DNA of 64,000 nt from an uncultured Chloroflexia bacterium (GCA_963701435.1 CAVPAL010000010.1:200100-264099); one strand, 5' to 3'; counted from the first letter of the stretch, positions 18,240 to 28,655 are shown. Notes: generated by a model not told the origin, from the sequence alone. Numbers and translations are program-made.

Positions 18240-18404
18240 TCAAGCGAGGCAATATCTTATTGATTAGGCATGGGCAGTTCAAAGCAAACGGCCGTTGCGC
18301 TTGGGTTTGTTTTGGCAGCCCCGTAGGTCTGATCGGCGGTGTTTCCCGGGGGGCGAAGCGCCTAAAGAGACCTACGGGATTTAGAGGCTTGGTGAAAGAG
18401 CCAG

Positions 18405-20282
18405 TTAGTCCGCAGCGACCAAGAATAGCTCGGTCGCCGGGGCATCTTCTTCCATCTCGGTAAAGTGGTCAAATTGACTGTTGTACAATTCGGCGTAGAC
18501 GCCGTCACGCGCCAACAATTCTTTGTGATGGCCCTGCTCCACGATGTCGCCGTCCTGCATCACCAGGATGAGATCAGCGTTACGAATAGTGGAAAGCCGG
18601 TGGGCGATAATGAAGCTGGTGCGCCCTTCCATGAGCCGATCCATCGCCCGTTGAATCAACACTTCGGTGCGCGTATCGACAGAGCTGGTGGCTTCGTCCA
18701 GGATGAGCATTTTGGGATCGGCCAGGACAGCGCGCGCAATGGTCAAAAGCTGCATCTGGCCTTGGGAAATGTTGCTGACTTCCTCGTTAATCTCCATGTT
18801 GAAACCCTCGGGCAGCGTGTGGATGAAATGGTCAACGTGGGCGGCGTGGGCGGCAGCAATGACTTCTTCATCGGTGGCATCCAAACGGCCGTATCGGATA
18901 TTCTCCATAATGCTGGCGTTGTACAACCAGGTATCTTGCAACACCATGCCGAAGGCGCGGCGCAAATCGTGACGCGTGAGGTCACGAATATCATGACCAT
19001 CGACCAGGATGGCGCCCTCGTCTACATCATAGAAGCGCATCAAGAGCTTGACGATGGTGGTCTTGCCGGCGCCTGTGGGTCCGACAATAGCCACCTTTTG
19101 GCCGGGTAACGCCTCGGCCGACAGGTTTTTAATGACCGGCTCGGCGGGGTTATAGCCAAAGCGGACGTTGCGGAACTCGACATGGCCCTGCGGCGCAGTG
19201 ATTACCACTGGCTGTTCAGTCTCCGGCGCTTGCTCGGGTTCAGCCAGGAACTCGAAAACACGTTCGGCAGCCGCAGCGGTTTGCTGCAAGACGTTGGAGA
19301 TGTTGGCTAATTGAGCCAGCGGTTGATTGAACGAGCGTACATATTGGATAAAGGCCTGGATGTCACCAACGGTGATCGTCCCGCGTACTGCCAGATAGCT
19401 GCCCACCACGACCACGATCACGTAGCCCAGGTTACCGATGAAACCCATGATCGGCATCATCAATCCGGAAAAGAACTGAGATCTCCAGGCTGAGTCATAG
19501 AGCGTAACGTTGTACTCTTCAAACTGGTCAATACTGCGTTCTTCACCGTTGAATGCTTTCATGACCCGGTGCCCGCCGAACATCTCCTCGACATGCCCGT
19601 TAACATGCCCCAGATATTCTTGCTGCTGCCGGAAGTAGACCTGCGAACGTTTGATGATGAAGCCGACCACGCCCAGGGTCAGCGGAATGACGAGCAAGGA
19701 AGCGAGCGTCATCAGGGGGCTAATGGAGAGCATCATCACGAGTACGCCGATCACGGTGATGATGGAGGTGATTATCTGCGTCAGGCTCTGGCTGAGCGTC
19801 TGGTTGACTGTGTCCACATCGTTGGTAATGCGGGAGAGCACTTCGCCTTGGGACGTTTTGTCGAAATAGCTCAAGGGCATATGGTTGATCTTTTGGGATA
19901 TCTCCTCGCGCAGACGGTAGGTGATGTCCGTGGATACGCTGGCCATTATCCAGCCCATCAAGTAAGTAAACAGGGCCGAAAGCAAGTAGAGAATGAGCAT
20001 GATGCCCAGAATCTGGCCAATGTAGGCAAAATCAATCGAGCCGGTTCCGGCCATCTCGGCAATGACGCCGTCGAAAACGGCGGTCGTGGCGTTGCCCAAC
20101 ACCTTGGGGCCGATAATGGTGAATACGGTGGAGACCACGGCAAAGATGACCACGAGGATGATCTTTAGCGTGTAGTCGCTCATATACCTGGCAAGGGCGA
20201 TCATTGTGCCCTTGAAATTGTGTGCTTTTTCGTCACCGGCCCCCATGGGGCCGTGACCTGGTCCGCGTCCTCGCATCATCAT
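18405..20282 (-). CDS. ABC exporter, fused TMD-NBD subunit (heterodimer partner 2)
   Basis: Walker A GPTGAGKTT, signature ISQGQMQL and Walker B LILDEATS. The ATG at 20282 overlaps the upstream TGA, with GGAGGAA upstream. Confidence 0.9.
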   Translation of the reverse strand: MMMRGRGPGHGPMGAGDEKAHNFKGTMIALARYMSDYTLKIILVVIFAVVSTVFTIIGPKVLGNATTAVFDGVIAEMAGTGSIDFAYIGQILGIMLILYLLSALFTYLMGWIMASVSTDITYRLREEISQKINHMPLSYFDKTSQGEVLSRITNDVDTVNQTLSQSLTQIITSIITVIGVLVMMLSISPLMTLASLLVIPLTLGVVGFIIKRSQVYFRQQQEYLGHVNGHVEEMFGGHRVMKAFNGEERSIDQFEEYNVTLYDSAWRSQFFSGLMMPIMGFIGNLGYVIVVVVGSYLAVRGTITVGDIQAFIQYVRSFNQPLAQLANISNVLQQTAAAAERVFEFLAEPEQAPETEQPVVITAPQGHVEFRNVRFGYNPAEPVIKNLSAEALPGQKVAIVGPTGAGKTTIVKLLMRFYDVDEGAILVDGHDIRDLTRHDLRRAFGMVLQDTWLYNASIMENIRYGRLDATDEEVIAAAHAAHVDHFIHTLPEGFNMEINEEVSNISQGQMQLLTIARAVLADPKMLILDEATSSVDTRTEVLIQRAMDRLMEGRTSFIIAHRLSTIRNADLILVMQDGDIVEQGHHKELLARDGVYAELYNSQFDHFTEMEEDAPATELFLVAAD

Positions 20283-22523
20283 GATTGTAGTTCCTCCATG
20301 CTCAACTGCGACAGCGCAATTTCCTGGTATGTTTCGCAACTCTGCATTAATTCGTCGTGCGTGCCTTTGCCGACTACGCGACCCTTTTCGAGCACAATAA
20401 TCTGTTCAGCATTCTTAACCGTGGCGACGCGCTGCGTTACCACCAACTTGGTGCTTTTCTCGGCGCCGTTTCGCAGCGCTCGACGCAAGGCGGCGTCCGT
20501 CTTGAAGTCCAGCGCGGAGAAAGTGTCGTCAAAGATGTAGATTGGCGCTTTCTTAACCAAGGCGCGGGCGATGGAAAGGCGCTGTCTTTGGCCGCCAGAG
20601 ACGTTTGTGCCGCCCTGGGAGATTTCGGTAGCTAAGCCTTCGGGTTTGCTGTCGACGAATTCGGCTGCTTGTGCGATGGCAACGGCCGTATGCAATTCCT
20701 CTTCATTTGCATTTTCGTCCGCATAGCGCAGGTTGCTCTCAATCGTGCCGGAGAACAAGATGCCCCGCTGCGGGATATAGCCGATCTTCTCGCGCAAGTC
20801 GTGCTGGGTCACCGATCGGACGTCCTGGCCATCGAGCAAAATGTCGCCGGCAGTGACGTCGTAGAAGCGGGGAATCAGGTTGACCACCGTGGATTTGCCG
20901 GAGCCGGTAGAGCCGATGAAGGCTGTGGTTTCTCCCGGCCGGGCGGCAAAGCTGATATCGTGTAATACATCCTCGTCAGCTCCAGGATAACGGAAGGAGA
21001 CGTTGCGGAACTCCACCTTGCCGCGAAAATCGCCGTTTAGACGCACCGGCTGGGGCGGATCCAGAATAATCGATTCCGTTTCCAGCACATCGGCGATGCG
21101 GTCGGCCGATACGGCCGCGCGCGGCAGCAGAATGAAGAGCATCGACATCATCAAGAAGGCAAAAACGATCTGCATCGCATATTGCAAGAAGGCCATCATA
21201 TCGCCCACTTGCATGGTGCCGAGCGCCACCTGATGCGAGCCAACCCAGAGGATGACAATCGAAAGCACGTTCAGGATGAGAAACATGATCGGCATCATGA
21301 TCGCCATAAGCCGGGCGACAAAGAGCGTGTTGTCGGCCAATTCCGCGTTGGCTTTATCGAAGCGATCTTCTTCGAACTGCTGCATATTGAAGGCGCGGAT
21401 GACCAGCATGCCGGAGAGATTCTCGCGGGCGACCAGGTTCAGCCGGTCAACGAGCTTTTGCATAATGCGGAACCTGGGCAGCGCAATGGAAATGAGGGTG
21501 ATGATCACGCCGATCAGGACAACCACAGCCAGGGCAATGGTCCACCACATGGAGGGGCCGGTATTCATGGCGCGGATAATGCCGCCGATACCCAGAATGG
21601 GCGCATAAAAGACCAGGCGCACGGTGATCATGGTCATCGTTTGCAATTGGGTGACATCGTTGGTGTTGCGCGTGATCAGCGAGGCGGTGGGAAACTTATC
21701 GAATTCGGCGCTGGAGAAGCTCGCGACCTTCTTGAAGACATCACCACGCAGGTCGCGTGCGCTGCCAGAGGCGATCTTGGCCGAAAGATAGCCGACGCTG
21801 ATGCTGCAAAGCGCCGAAAGCAAGCGTGATCACCAACATGATCGCGCCGGTGGATAAAATGTAGCGGTTTTGCAGCGTGCTCACATCCCGACCCAGCGCT
21901 TCATACTCGGCTTTTACCTGGGCGATGGAGGTTTGTTCAATGAATGATTCGTCCAACGCCTCCAGGCGCTCAGTCACCGCATCCCCTAGCTGGGCGCGCT
22001 GGGCAGCAGGCAAGCGATCTAACAGCGCGAAGAGGTCGGTGCCGGGGGGGATGGCGGGAAAATCAAACTCGCCGCCGCCGAACATCTGCGCCGCTGCTTC
22101 CGGGTTGGCCATTGCCTGCTCCAGCGCAGAAACGACCACCCAGGCACGCGCCATCGGCGCGCTCAACTGATCAATTTCGTCCTGGCTGAGGTCGTTGCGG
22201 ATGTAGATCGATTGTTCGGCCAGGCCCGGATAGGTCTCAATGTAGTCGCTGGCCTGTGTGGAATCGGGCTGGACAAGCGTGTAGGCTTCGCGCAGCGCTT
22301 CCTCATCATCTGCGCCCATAAACAAAGCGAGTTGTTCCAACCGGCTGCTGCTCACTGCCTCGGATACGGCGCTTTCGATGCCGCTCAGTTGGACGCCGGT
22401 GTTGACAATCTGCGCCAGATAATCGGGCAAGGCCAGATCCAACATGGCCTGGATAAATAATAGAATGATGGAAGCTGCCAGCAGGAGCGTGTACGGCTTC
22501 AGGTACTTTCTTAATCGTAACAT
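20279..22523 (-). pseudogene. ABC exporter, fused TMD-NBD subunit (partner 1) with ~190-aa extracytoplasmic insert; split by a frameshift near 21815-21830
   Basis: ORF 21741..22523 ends ...GAIMLVITL, and ORF 20279..21823 continues LSALCSISVGYLSAKIASG.... The gene has Walker A GSTGSGKST and signature VSGGQRQR. The split may be a sequencing error. Confidence 0.8.
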
Positions 22524-22537
22524 AGTTCTGTTCTTCC

Positions 22538-23071
22538 TCAGAGAGCCTTGACTGCAGCAACCTGTGTACTCAATTTCTGCAGCAAGTTGAGCAAATCATC
22601 CTGTTCAGCGCTGCTCAGCGCGCCGAAAAAGTGGTCTATTGTCTCCAGATGGTGGTGCGTGTGTTCGCTGACGACGGCGCGGCCGGCGTCTGTCAGGCTA
22701 ATGTTAAAACGCCGTCGGTCATTGGGATCCAACCGCCGTTCAACCAGCCCTGCTTCCTCGAGATTACGGATAAAGGAACTCATGGTATTACGGCTGACGC
22801 CTTGCCGGTTACTAATTTCGGAAGGGTTCAATTCTGCGCGGTCGCCCATTTGCTCTGCAAAGAAGAGATGCATGAGCACACGATATTGCGCGTAGGAGAG
22901 CCCGGCGTCGTCCACGCTTTGCTCGCCTACATGGTAAATGGAGCGGGTCACGAATCCCAACTCATCCATCAGGCGAATGGTCTGGGGATCGATTTGGGGA
23001 TTGAAGCTTTGCATGAACTGCATCCACTTTTGGCGTTTATCCTTGTTCTGAAGCCAACTTTTATGACTCAT
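22538..23071 (-). CDS. MarR-family transcriptional regulator
   Basis: Winged HTH ...LNPSEISNRQGVSRNTMSSFIRNLEEAGLVERRLDPNDRRRFNISLT. It lies 14 nt upstream of the ABC genes. Confidence 0.9.
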   Translation of the reverse strand: MSHKSWLQNKDKRQKWMQFMQSFNPQIDPQTIRLMDELGFVTRSIYHVGEQSVDDAGLSYAQYRVLMHLFFAEQMGDRAELNPSEISNRQGVSRNTMSSFIRNLEEAGLVERRLDPNDRRRFNISLTDAGRAVVSEHTHHHLETIDHFFGALSSAEQDDLLNLLQKLSTQVAAVKAL

Positions 23072-23310
23072 ATGTTGTCCTTTCAGGGTGTCGCTAGCTA
23101 TCCTTCCCGGTGAAAAACTGCCGGGAAGCCAGCGTGTGTCGCTATTACTAATACGAATTATACGCCATCGAACTATTCTGTCAAGAATCAGCCTGTGAGC
23201 TTTTTGGGCGAGATGGCGCGGTGAAATATCCTATTGCTATGGCTAATAGTTGCCGCGTCATCCCGCCCCTACCATAAGACGTGTCTAAATTGAGAATTGC
23301 TGTTACGAAT

Positions 23311-23425
23311 TAGGTAAACCGCAGAAACTATTCGGAAATCCCAAAGGACTTGAACTGCGGTTTCCTTGAGGAATCGGCAACGTCTAGAACGATTCTAATT
23401 TTGAAATATTGTTGCCGATTACCTA
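23311..23425 (+). repeat. Full copy of the 115-bp TA-flanked two-hairpin MITE-like element
   Basis: TAGGTAAACCGCAG...GTTGCCGATTACCTA. Internal stems pair 23316-23324 with 23355-23363, and 23372-23381 with 23411-23420. Confidence 0.85.
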
Positions 23426-23581
23426 ACTTCGGGCCGACCAGTAGGCTACGAAATAAATCACTCTCAGAAAATGGAAATCCAAGATATGAAACAGTGAGCA
23501 AAATCGTTCAAGCTCTAGGTTATAAGTAAGTTGTCGCATAGCTGGTCAGCAATAACGTGGTGCCAAACCACATCGCCGCTA

Positions 23582-23956
23582 TCACTGCTTTGTGACATAC
23601 TGCACCGAGTCAATCCCTTTAAAATCGACATCTTGCGTCCACAGGGTAGCGTTATATGCCCGGGTTGTCGCCAAAATGATGCTATCTGCCATAGTGAGTT
23701 TGCGTTCGGACGAAATAGTTGCCGCATTGACGGCGATTTCGCGCGTTAAATCGGCAATAAGCCCCAGGGACATGATTCCAATCGCTTGCAAAGCGCCTTC
23801 TTCTCCACGCTGAGTTAAGAGACGCTTGAACACTTCATACATACAAACTGTCGGCACGACCAAAGTATCAGTATTTTTTATAGCTGGAGCAAAGAAAGTT
23901 GCGTTTGTACCCCTGGCAAAAAACTCCAACCAACCTGAAGAATCGACCACATTCAT
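23582..23956 (-). CDS. vapC: PIN-domain toxin VapC
   Basis: N-terminal VVDSSGW, an acidic residue in MYEV, and a C-terminal TQDVDF motif. It overlaps the antitoxin gene by 4 nt. Confidence 0.9.
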   Translation of the reverse strand: MNVVDSSGWLEFFARGTNATFFAPAIKNTDTLVVPTVCMYEVFKRLLTQRGEEGALQAIGIMSLGLIADLTREIAVNAATISSERKLTMADSIILATTRAYNATLWTQDVDFKGIDSVQYVTKQ

Positions 23957-24165
23957 AATTCGCGATCTTCCTTTTCCCTTTGAGGATCGGTGTCGATGCC
24001 AACAAACATTCCTTCTGCTTCCTCAATCGGAGGCACAATGACCACCCGCAAAGTCTCCTTGAACGGTATGAACATAATTTTTTGCCCTGGTCTGAGATTA
24101 AACTGTTCACGGATGGGACGAGGAATTACCACCTGGTATTTTGATGAAATTGTAACTGTATTCAT
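23953..24165 (-). CDS. vapB: AbrB/SpoVT-type antitoxin VapB
   Basis: TISSKYQVVIPRPIREQFNLRPGQKIMF is a swapped-hairpin motif. Confidence 0.85.
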   Translation of the reverse strand: MNTVTISSKYQVVIPRPIREQFNLRPGQKIMFIPFKETLRVVIVPPIEEAEGMFVGIDTDPQREKEDREL

Positions 24166-24310
24166 GCCTTACGTATCCTTATCGATAAAATAATGTAAAG
24201 CAATTGTAGCATGGTTTTCAGAAAACACGGCTCGCTTTTCACAATTTTTAAACCAAATAACCGAATTAAAACGCAAACATAGCAGCCAAAGTCAAAGCTA
24301 CAGCTTTTCC

Positions 24311-24817
24311 TTAGCCATACAAAACATCAAACAGTTTTTCTACACTGACCAACGCCGCGCCAAAAGCGCCCGTCACCGTAATTTCATAAATGGCTTCATC
24401 TTCGTATCCAGCCGAGCGCAAGGCATTGAAATTCTTGTCTGTGATCTTGTAGGCAGTCAAGGCTAATTTCTGTAGGTAAGGGGTTAATTCATCCGGCACG
24501 GGTGCTGTTTCAGGGCGGGATTGACCTCTTCGCGTCACCACAAAAGCTTCGATGGTTTGACGCAATTCTGGCGTGGTTTTGCCTGGTGCGTTCAGGAGCG
24601 GCTGTCGTGCACGTGATAATTCTGTGGGTCGAATCTGTCCATCTGCATCGCGTGTCCAGGCGGGATCGGCTTGGATGCCCTTGAGGCGTTTGCCGACCTG
24701 GTTCAGCATCTTTGTGTGCATTGCTTCTTGCTTTTCGTTTAATGTGTCAAAATAAAAGGCATCGGACAAGCGATTGAGCATATTGAAGTGGAATGCGATA
24801 TTACCTGCTGCGCGCAT
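24311..24817 (-). pseudogene. 5'-truncated carboxymuconolactone decarboxylase/AhpD-like gene
   Basis: It begins inside the end of a first CMD repeat (AAGNIAFHFNMLNRL) and has a complete second repeat (ITDKNFNALRSAGYEDEAIYEITVTGAFGAAL). An upstream stop precedes it and the expected N-terminal part is absent. Confidence 0.45.
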
Positions 24818-24884
24818 GGCAGGATCGTCTAAGCCGCCGTCGCAAGGTGAGGCACTCTAACAAATGCAAGGCAGCATGTGTTTT

Positions 24885-25165
24885 TGCGGGCACAACGGCC
24901 GTTTCCCCCACCGCTGCCGATCTCTCCTGGCAAGCCGCAAATTAAAGTTGCACGTACGACATCTTTGAAAGTACAATTCCTTACTTCACACCTACCGAGC
25001 CATCTGATTACACAATGACCAGTTTGATGCAGGCGTTGGCTGGCAAACGGGGTACCGTTGGCACCAACTACTTTTATATCAACCGCGCTACCTGCGGGGG
25101 CGCCACAACCGCCTACTCGAATGAAGTTGGCGAGTTCGACTTTGCGATAGTGCCGGGAAACTGAT
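24885..25165 (+). pseudogene. Orphan 3' fragment paralogous to the C-terminus of the large surface protein
   Basis: 24951-25165 aligns gaplessly with 28441-28655 (...YDIFES...GTNYFYINRA.CGG...AYSNEVGEFDFAIVPGN*). It has an in-frame TAA at about 24942 and no start codon. Confidence 0.7.
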
Positions 25166-25228
25166 TAATGCGGGGTACGGAATAAAACCACGGCATAATC
25201 AAGCAAGAGGATTTAGGAGAATGTATTT

Positions 25229-28200
25229 ATGAATAGTCATCAACCGCATCGTTCCAGAAAATTAATACAGCGCCTGCCAGTCATCACGCTCATAATGTTG
25301 CTCATGGTTGTCCTAGGGTTTGTTTTCGCCAATATGGGAACGGCCGTTGCCGAAACGACCGTTTTGCCACCCACTAGCACGTCGGCAGGTTTAGTTTCCT
25401 ACTGGCCATTTGACGATGGTACTGGCAGCACGGCCACCAACAGCATCACAGCCATACTTGATGGAAGTTTGAATGGGGGCGCCTCCTGGTCAACCGATGT
25501 GGCCCCGCTGCTCGACCCCAATCCCTACGCCATCGCCCTCGACGGCTCAACAGGTTTTGTCGAAATACCGGATGACGACGCCATCGACTTTGACACCAAC
25601 CAGGATTTCACGGTCGCCTTCTGGACAAAGCCCGCTGCCACGCAAAATCCCACCGGGAGCAACAACAGATAACGCCATCATCGAAAAATGGTCGGAAGTT
25701 GGTGGGTATCCTTATGTTGTGCGCTATATCAACCAACTGGGTGGAGCGAATGCCGGCAAAATCTCTGTGGCACGTTATGACACCAATGTTGACCCAGCCA
25801 TTTTTTCGACAGGCTCCATTAATGATGGCAGCTATCATCATGTGGCGATGGTGCGCGGTGGCGGCGGCAGCGGGACAATCAGTCTCTATATTGACGGTGT
25901 TTTGCAAGCAACCATCACCGATACAGTGAGCCTGCCCACGACCAACAGCAGCCCCTTATTTGTGGGCAAGCGCGGCAATAATATCAATTATTACAGCGGT
26001 CTGGTCGATGATTTACGCATCTACAACAGTGCCCTTACCAGCAGTGAGGTTGCCTATTTGGGCGCCGGGTGTCCTGATTTTCCCGTCACAGTGGCTACTG
26101 AAGCGGCCTTAAATAGCACGATTACCTGCTTCAACAGCCTGACAACCGCAGGCAATTACAAACTCACCCTGACGGCCGACATCAACCTGACAGCTTCTAC
26201 GACGGCCATCAATAACAGCACAGCCGGAGTCGAACTGCATATTGATGGCGATGGGCACACGGTTGATGGCCAGGATCAATCTGGCGTACGGCCGTTTTAT
26301 GTGGCCGCCAACACCGTTGTGACCCTGAGCCAGATTACGCTCACTGGGGGCAACGTCGCGGATTATGGGGGCGGGCTTCGTAATGCAGGCTTTACCACAA
26401 TTCAAAACAGCACCATCTCTGCCAATGATGGAAACATTATAGGTGGTGGCATCTACAACAATGGCACGATGGCGATCAATAGCAGCACCATCTCCGGCAA
26501 TCAGGCGGACTACGGTGGTGGCATTGCTAACGAGTCAAATATGACTGTCACGAACAGTACGATCTCCGGCAACCAGGCACAAATCTGGGGGGGTGGCATC
26601 AACAACTTCGGCACGCTGACAGTCACTAATGTTACCATTTCTGATAATGGAGCCCCCAATGGTGGCGGCATATACACGGGTGCGGCTTTGAATCTTATCA
26701 ACAGTGTCATTGCCAACAGTAATTCAGGTGGCGACTGCAAGATTACAGGGGCAGGAACCGTGAGTGCTGTTTACAGCCTCATAGAGGATTCGGGGGCTTC
26801 TGCATGCAATTTGAGCAACGGAACAAACAACAATATCATCGGCCAAGATCCCAACTTGGGCGCCCTGCAAGACAATGGTGGGCCTACCCAGACCATGGCT
26901 CTGCAACTAGGCTCTTTTGCTATCGATGCGGCCGATGACAGCACCTGTGCGGCTGATCCGATCAACGGCCTCGACCAGCGCGGTGTCGTGCGTCCGTTCG
27001 GGCCGCATTGTGATATTGGCGCTTTTGAATTTACCACAGTGACACAGCCAGGACCCGATTTTGTGGTAAATACCGCTGCTGACACCGATGATGACGTTTG
27101 CGACTTACTCGGTCAAGGAGTAGGCAACCAGGATTGCACCCTGCGCGAAGCGATCAATGCTGCCAACGCCAATGCCGACGGGAGCGTGATCACTTTTGCT
27201 GGAGATTACACATTGACGCTTAGTTCTGTTCTGCCGGATATCAGCACGAATATTATCATTGACGGTGCAGGCCAGGCAATTGCAGTTGATGGCGATAATA
27301 CTTACCGTATTTTCTATGTAAACTCTACCGGGGATCTTTCAATCAATGCGCTTACGATGCAGAATGGGTATTCGGACTCTACTGCAGGCATTGACAATCT
27401 TTTTGGCGTCGTAACCGTGAGCAATAGTCTATTTAGGGATAACAATGGCGGCAGTACTGCTGGGGCCATTCATAACTACTTCGGATCTGTGATTATCTCA
27501 AACAGTACATTCTACAACAATTCAAGCGGCGGTTTTTCGGGAGGCGTCGCTAATATTGGCGGGTCTGCGAGCATCAACAATGCTACCTTTAGCGGCAACA
27601 GCAGCGGAGCGGCAACCATCTACACCATTGCAGGGGGTTGCTTTACTGAAAAGGCGCAGATATTAATGGCTGATGGTCATACTAAAAGCGTGGCTGAGAT
27701 AGGGGTCGGGGATCAGGTACTCAGCTATGACTTTGCTTCAGGTCAGCAAGTTGTCCACGAAGTGACGGATGTGTTTAACTACTCAGTAGACGCCTTTTTA
27801 ATCATCAATGATTTGGAAGTTACCCGTGAGCATCCCTTTGCCATTGGCGAGGATGAATGGATTATGGCGGGCGAACTCAAAATTGGCGACCGCATACTGG
27901 GGTCGAACGGTTGGACGACAGTCACCAGCATTGCTGCCGTGGAACAGCCGGTAGAAGTCTACAACTTCACCGTAGATGGTACCCACAATTACTATGTCAG
28001 CGATGGCACGCATACCTACCTGGCGCACAATAAAGAGTTGGCTGCAAACGCTGGTGAAGTTACCTTGACCAACAGTATTATCACCGACAGTATCGGCCCT
28101 GATTGTTTAAAAGTAGGTTTGGGCACCTTTACCGGTGGGAATAATTTGCTTGATGACTATGCCAGCGGCGACTGCGCAGCCATTAGCGACGACGCGGTAA

Positions 28201-28655
28201 CTGGTCTGGCCAGCACCCCAGATGATCACGGGGGACCAACCAACACCATCGCCCTGTTAGCACCTTCCAACGCGCTAGGCGCTGGGAATGGTTTGTCCTG
28301 TGAAACCAGCGATCAGCGTGGTGTGGCGCGTCCCCAGGGTGTGGCTTGTGACGTAGGAGCTTATGAGTTTTGGGGGGTGGGGATAACGGCCGTTACCACA
28401 ACCGATGCCTCACTAGACTGGAATAACGCGAATTCAAGCTGTACGTATGACATCTTTGAAAGCACAACGCCCTACTTCGCCCCGACCAATCCAGCTACCT
28501 ACACAACAGTTAGTTTAATGCAGGCTTTGACAGGCAAACTGGGTACAGTCGGTACCAACTATTTTTACATCAACCGCGCTGCCTGTGGCGGCATCATAAC
28601 CGCTTACTCGAATGAAGTCGGCGAGTTCGACTTTGCGATAGTGCCGGGGAACTAA
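25229..28655 (+). pseudogene. Large secreted LamG (Laminin_G_3) / right-handed beta-helix (CSLREA, choice-of-anchor-Q-like) / Hint / FN3-like surface protein; frameshift near 25640-25670
   Basis: The signal anchor and the LamG start (FTVAFWTKPAATQNPTGS) are in ORF 25229..25672. The rest (IIEKW...DDLRIYNSALT) is in ORF 25473..28655. It contains repeated GGGIxN...NSTISGN units, CTLREAINAANAN and DQRGVVRPFGPHCDIGAFEF (twice). The shift may be a sequencing error. Confidence 0.8.
27639..28031 (+). other. Hint module (mini-intein/bacterial intein-like, 131 aa)
   Basis: Starts at Cys in GG|CFTEKAQILMADG, contains TREHPF, and ends VYNFTVDGTHNYYVSDGTHTYLAHN|K. Confidence 0.8.

Noticed and set aside
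18320-18378. An 11-bp stem (CCCGTAGGTCT / AGACCTACGGG) with a 37-nt loop downstream of the ABC operon, as a terminator or small RNA.
   Set aside because: No U-tract follows it on the relevant strand, and I saw no second copy or conserved motif. The evidence is insufficient for a call.
23456-23526. A short frame ending ...SENGNPRYETVSKIVQALGYK*, resembling the C-terminus of an XRE/HigA-type antitoxin next to vapBC.
   Set aside because: Only about 20 residues are recognisable and there is no start codon. Upstream it runs into the MITE-like element. It is at most an unprovable remnant.
27639-28031. A canonical self-splicing intein with a homing endonuclease.
   Set aside because: The +1 residue is Lys, the module is only 131 aa with no endonuclease insert, and the host is a variable secreted repeat protein. 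The BIL-type Hint domain is the better description.
24951-28655. The two ~215-nt near-identical segments (24951-25165 and 28441-28655) as the template/variable repeats of a diversity-generating retroelement.
   Set aside because: Mismatches are mostly synonymous third-position transitions on all four bases, not adenine-specific. No reverse transcriptase gene is in the window. Ordinary paralogue divergence fits better.
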